Assembly (NCBI GenBank): GCA_000708835.1
Contig: DF237331.1
Coordinates: forward strand, 25,444 to 89,443
Reading direction: 5' to 3'
DNA length: 64,000 bases
Origin: Klebsormidium nitens
Lineage: Eukaryota; Plantae; Klebsormidiophyceae
The notes under the pieces are model-generated. The model had not been told where the DNA came from. It saw only the letters and a list, made by a program, of their open reading frames with translations, and searched no databases. This document shows positions 60,953 through 64,000 of the stretch, piece after piece; the stretch's first letter is position 1; each line of letters starts with the position of its first letter. A program made the position numbers and the translations under genes.

Positions 60953-62525
60953 TCAAATACCAGCCGTCTTCTGCACCGCCTCGAGCAGCTTCTCCGGCAT
61001 GCTTAAGAACGGGGAGTGCCCTGACGTCAGCGTCTCCGTCCGCATCTCCACCCCCGAGCCGTTCACCATCATCTTCTGCACCTCTACCGGCACCGCCTGG
61101 TCGTTCTCGCAGAATATATACGAGGCCGGGTGGTGCTTGTATGCGAGATAAGTCACCGGGTTGTTCATCGATACAACCGGGTGGGGCTTGAGCTTCGAGA
61201 TCCAGTGCTGCTGCTCGGCCGGGGGGACGTCGTTGTAGAAGAGCTGGGCGCAGGCAGTCTCTTGCACAACGCAGCTCCCGTCTTCCTGCACAGTAGAAAA
61301 GACGGTTCAGCGCAAATACGGCACTCTTTCTTGTGAATTGTTTCAAAATACGAAAGACTTCGTCTATCTCTTCGCAAAATACTACACAATTGCGACAAAT
61401 ACGGGCATCTCATTAAGCTGGGCGCAGGCAGCCTCTTGCATAACGCAGCTCCCGTCTTTCTGCATAGTACGTAAGAAATACCAGTGCGTCTCTAGGCGAC
61501 TCCTTGTAAACTGTTTGGACATGTAAGGACTTCCAAATATCTTTTGTGAACGTACTATTGCCCAAATGTGTCTTAGGAGCGCGAACTTCTGAGCTGGGCG
61601 GCCTCTTGCCGAGCAGACCTGCCTGCTTCACACGATATATGAGATGGATCAAGCGGTTTGGGGCAAGGGCGACTCTATTTTATGAACCATCTGTATGTTT
61701 CAAAAGCTTCCCTTTCACTTCACGCAAAGAACTACTCGAGTCACTTCCATACGAGCAACTTCAAGTGGTGAGCGCAGATGGCCTTGTAGTATAACACATC
61801 TGCCGTCTTTCCCGTATAAGACACGGAATGGGTCACTGGCGAATTTCGGGCATCTTGATTCTGCATCCCGCGGTCAAGTCGGCTTAGGGAGGACGAAAAC
61901 CTTGCCGGTAGATCATTATGGGCTGGGAAAAGCACTCGTCCTAGTCCGGAGGGCCGGTTGTAAAGTCCTGGATGACCTCCAATTACACGGCTCACAATCA
62001 TCATAACGGTGAGTCTGCCAATCAAAAAGACAGGCAGCACCGCTGACAAGGGAAGCAATCCTCATAAGGGTCTATCAAAAGAACCCGGGTTCACAAAATT
62101 ACGCTCACGTTGATGATGAGATACGGCGGTGCCTCCCCTTTTGAAAGCGAGAGCAGGCTCGCTCCCTCTTGAACCACAAACGCGCACAGGAACACCAGCC
62201 TGAGCACTCCCCCCGCTTTTCCCTCCGCCTCGCGTGCGCATTTCCCGAGTGTCGCATGCACCGCTTCAGTGCCCACCGTACCCCCGTACGAGTGCATGAC
62301 CACAACCACGTCCTTGCCCTCTGTCTCAATCAACCGGTCAAGTTCTGCCCGCAGCGCGGCCGCGGCGTCGTACAGAGTCGTGGTCGGGGGTTGCGCGCCG
62401 TACGTAGGCAAAAGCGGGCAGCAAGTGGGGTAGCCGGCAGCCTCAAACACGTGGGCGGCTGGGGCGAGGTGCACGGGGGAGTGCCATGCGCCGTGGACGA
62501 AAACGATGGTGGGCTTTTCGGCCAT
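60953..62525 (-). CDS. Alpha/beta-fold hydrolase (methylesterase/Abhydrolase_6-like), 2 exons, 249 aa
   Basis: Exons 62109-62525 and 60953-61285 (GT-AG, phase 0). VFVHGAWH, nucleophile elbow HSYGG, acid ENDQAVP, His SGHSPFL. Confidence 0.9.
61242..61820. repeat. About 175-bp tandem array of (intron 3' end + exon 2 start)
   Basis: AGCTGGGCG-like anchors at 61242, 61416, 61592 and about 61766. The nearest copy is 50/54 identical to the real junction, and the intervening intron parts also align. Confidence 0.8.
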
Positions 62526-64000
62526 GGTGGGGTGGAGAAGTCAGTGGAGGCGGGGATTCCTGCAGAGCCGAAAGAAGGTCAAGTGTCAGGCTGGCATTCT
62601 GATTGAATTGGCAGGACGATCAATCACTTGTCGATCTTGACATTATTGAGTTCGTATCAAGAACAAAGCGTCCCCATAGGACCAATCACTTTGAGCCTTT
62701 TCAGGCTTGAGTCTTTTTTGAAGAGGTGTATCAAAAAGATATTCTGCTGCCAGTGTTTGCAAACGGCATTTTTTGGACGAAATGAAGGCATTAGACGGGC
62801 CGTAAAGATTTTTAACGTGGGAAACTGGGAAAGGGGTGCAAAGAAATAGAAAGGGCAATCGGGGTGAAGGGGCAATACAGAGAGGCTCAGGATCCCGTCA
62901 GGTTCAAATGAAGAGGCACTGTCCAATGGGAATTGCTGCATGTTAAGCTGAGCTCGTTACCACCCGGAGACAAAGAATTAATGCTGCAAAGAAACAGAGC
63001 GCAATGGCCCTTAACCAGGACGATTTCTGAACATCATACTCGCTGGTGTTGCCCGGTGTTTGTCAAAGGCGTACTTGCTAAGTTCAGCGCTTTCAATGTT
63101 AACGCGCTTTCTAGTAAGCCTTCTTCACGAAAACCCCAGCCCATGACAGCATTGTCCTGATCTTTGCTGAGCTGCCATGTTTCTCTGAATGCTCCTGATC
63201 AGCCCTAAATCTTCCTTATGATCCTTTGACCTGGTGTTGTCCCTGATCTTACTTGTACCTTGACAAAACTCTCCATGACACCTGTTAAAGAGTACAAGCA
63301 GCCGACCAGCTCAAGAGCCAAGAGACCCCAGCCTTCGTGTAACAAAGTATCACCCGTCGAGCACCCCCCCCCAGAGGCTCCATGCACAAAAGTCTCACCT
63401 CAGAAGCTGCCCCCCAGCTGACAGAATCAGGAACTGTTGCGTGAGCAGACAACGCAGGCCAGTGCCTTTCTTGAGGAGCAGCGAGCTGCGCATAAGATGC
63501 TGTGCCTGATAGGTAAAAGCTGCTCATGAGAGAGCTTCCGCCGAGTTCCCACACATCACACAGTATCCATCTGGCACAATTCGTCCACCTGTCCAGCTGG
63601 ATCGTCCATATGCAGCTACGGTAGCCACATTGTGATGTCATTCGCTTCTACTACTGGCTGCTGGCATCAAGATTCAAGATGCTTTCTGATCATGATCGCC
63701 GCGCCACTTTCCTACTGCATGTACGACCCTTTGACCCAAGAATCCCGGTTAGGACCTAACCAGACCATCAAGTTATAGAGACAATTTTGGATGATGGCGA
63801 TCAAAACCGGCACGCGAATAAGTGCCGTTTTTAAAGGCGGTGGGTCTCACAACGGTCAACCTACAACCAGCGCGGTAGTCTCTCTTCCCGTTTCTTCTCA
63901 AATGCAGGCCGGTCATCCGACGCACCAGGCATAAAAGTCGTCAGATTTTTGGATGGATCAAGTTGACTGATAAAATAGGTAAATACGTCTTTTCAGTTCG

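Noticed and set aside
63200-63660. Minus-strand ORFs (60 and 118 aa) with a possible GTAAG donor
   Set aside because: No recognisable protein similarity and no consistent exon chain could be built; may be UTR or intron of an upstream transcription unit.

Overview
Eukaryotic genomic DNA from the green plant lineage. Plant-type gene families, a plant-type tRNAi-Met primer site and GC3-rich short exons suggest a streptophyte alga such as Klebsormidium (inference). Left half (1-29.7 kb): a decayed, internally duplicated cluster of an unrecognised minus-strand gene family with a recurring short protein motif. Into it are nested two Ty1/copia LTR elements: a gag-protease-only non-autonomous element (3586-11020) and, inside it, an intact, very young autonomous element (4274-9246; identical LTRs, AAAGC TSD, 1337-aa polyprotein). 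Right half: four spliced host genes rebuilt by hand, each with open exon phases throughout. These are importin-4 (-, 20 exons, 1054 aa), an omega-amidase/NIT2 nitrilase (+, 11 exons, 427 aa), a TCHQD/GDAP1-like GST (-, 7 exons, 272 aa) and a fungal-like alpha/beta hydrolase (-, 2 exons, 249 aa), plus a MITE-like foldback. Most striking unexplained signals: (1) the unknown repeat-domain family, which also appears inside an importin-4 intron, so it may be mobile; (2) introns repeatedly containing decayed tandem copies of their own 3' splice site plus the start of the next exon; (3) CpG depletion limited to the 5' part of transcription units. No rRNA, tRNA gene or CRISPR array was seen. All alignments and counts were done by eye.
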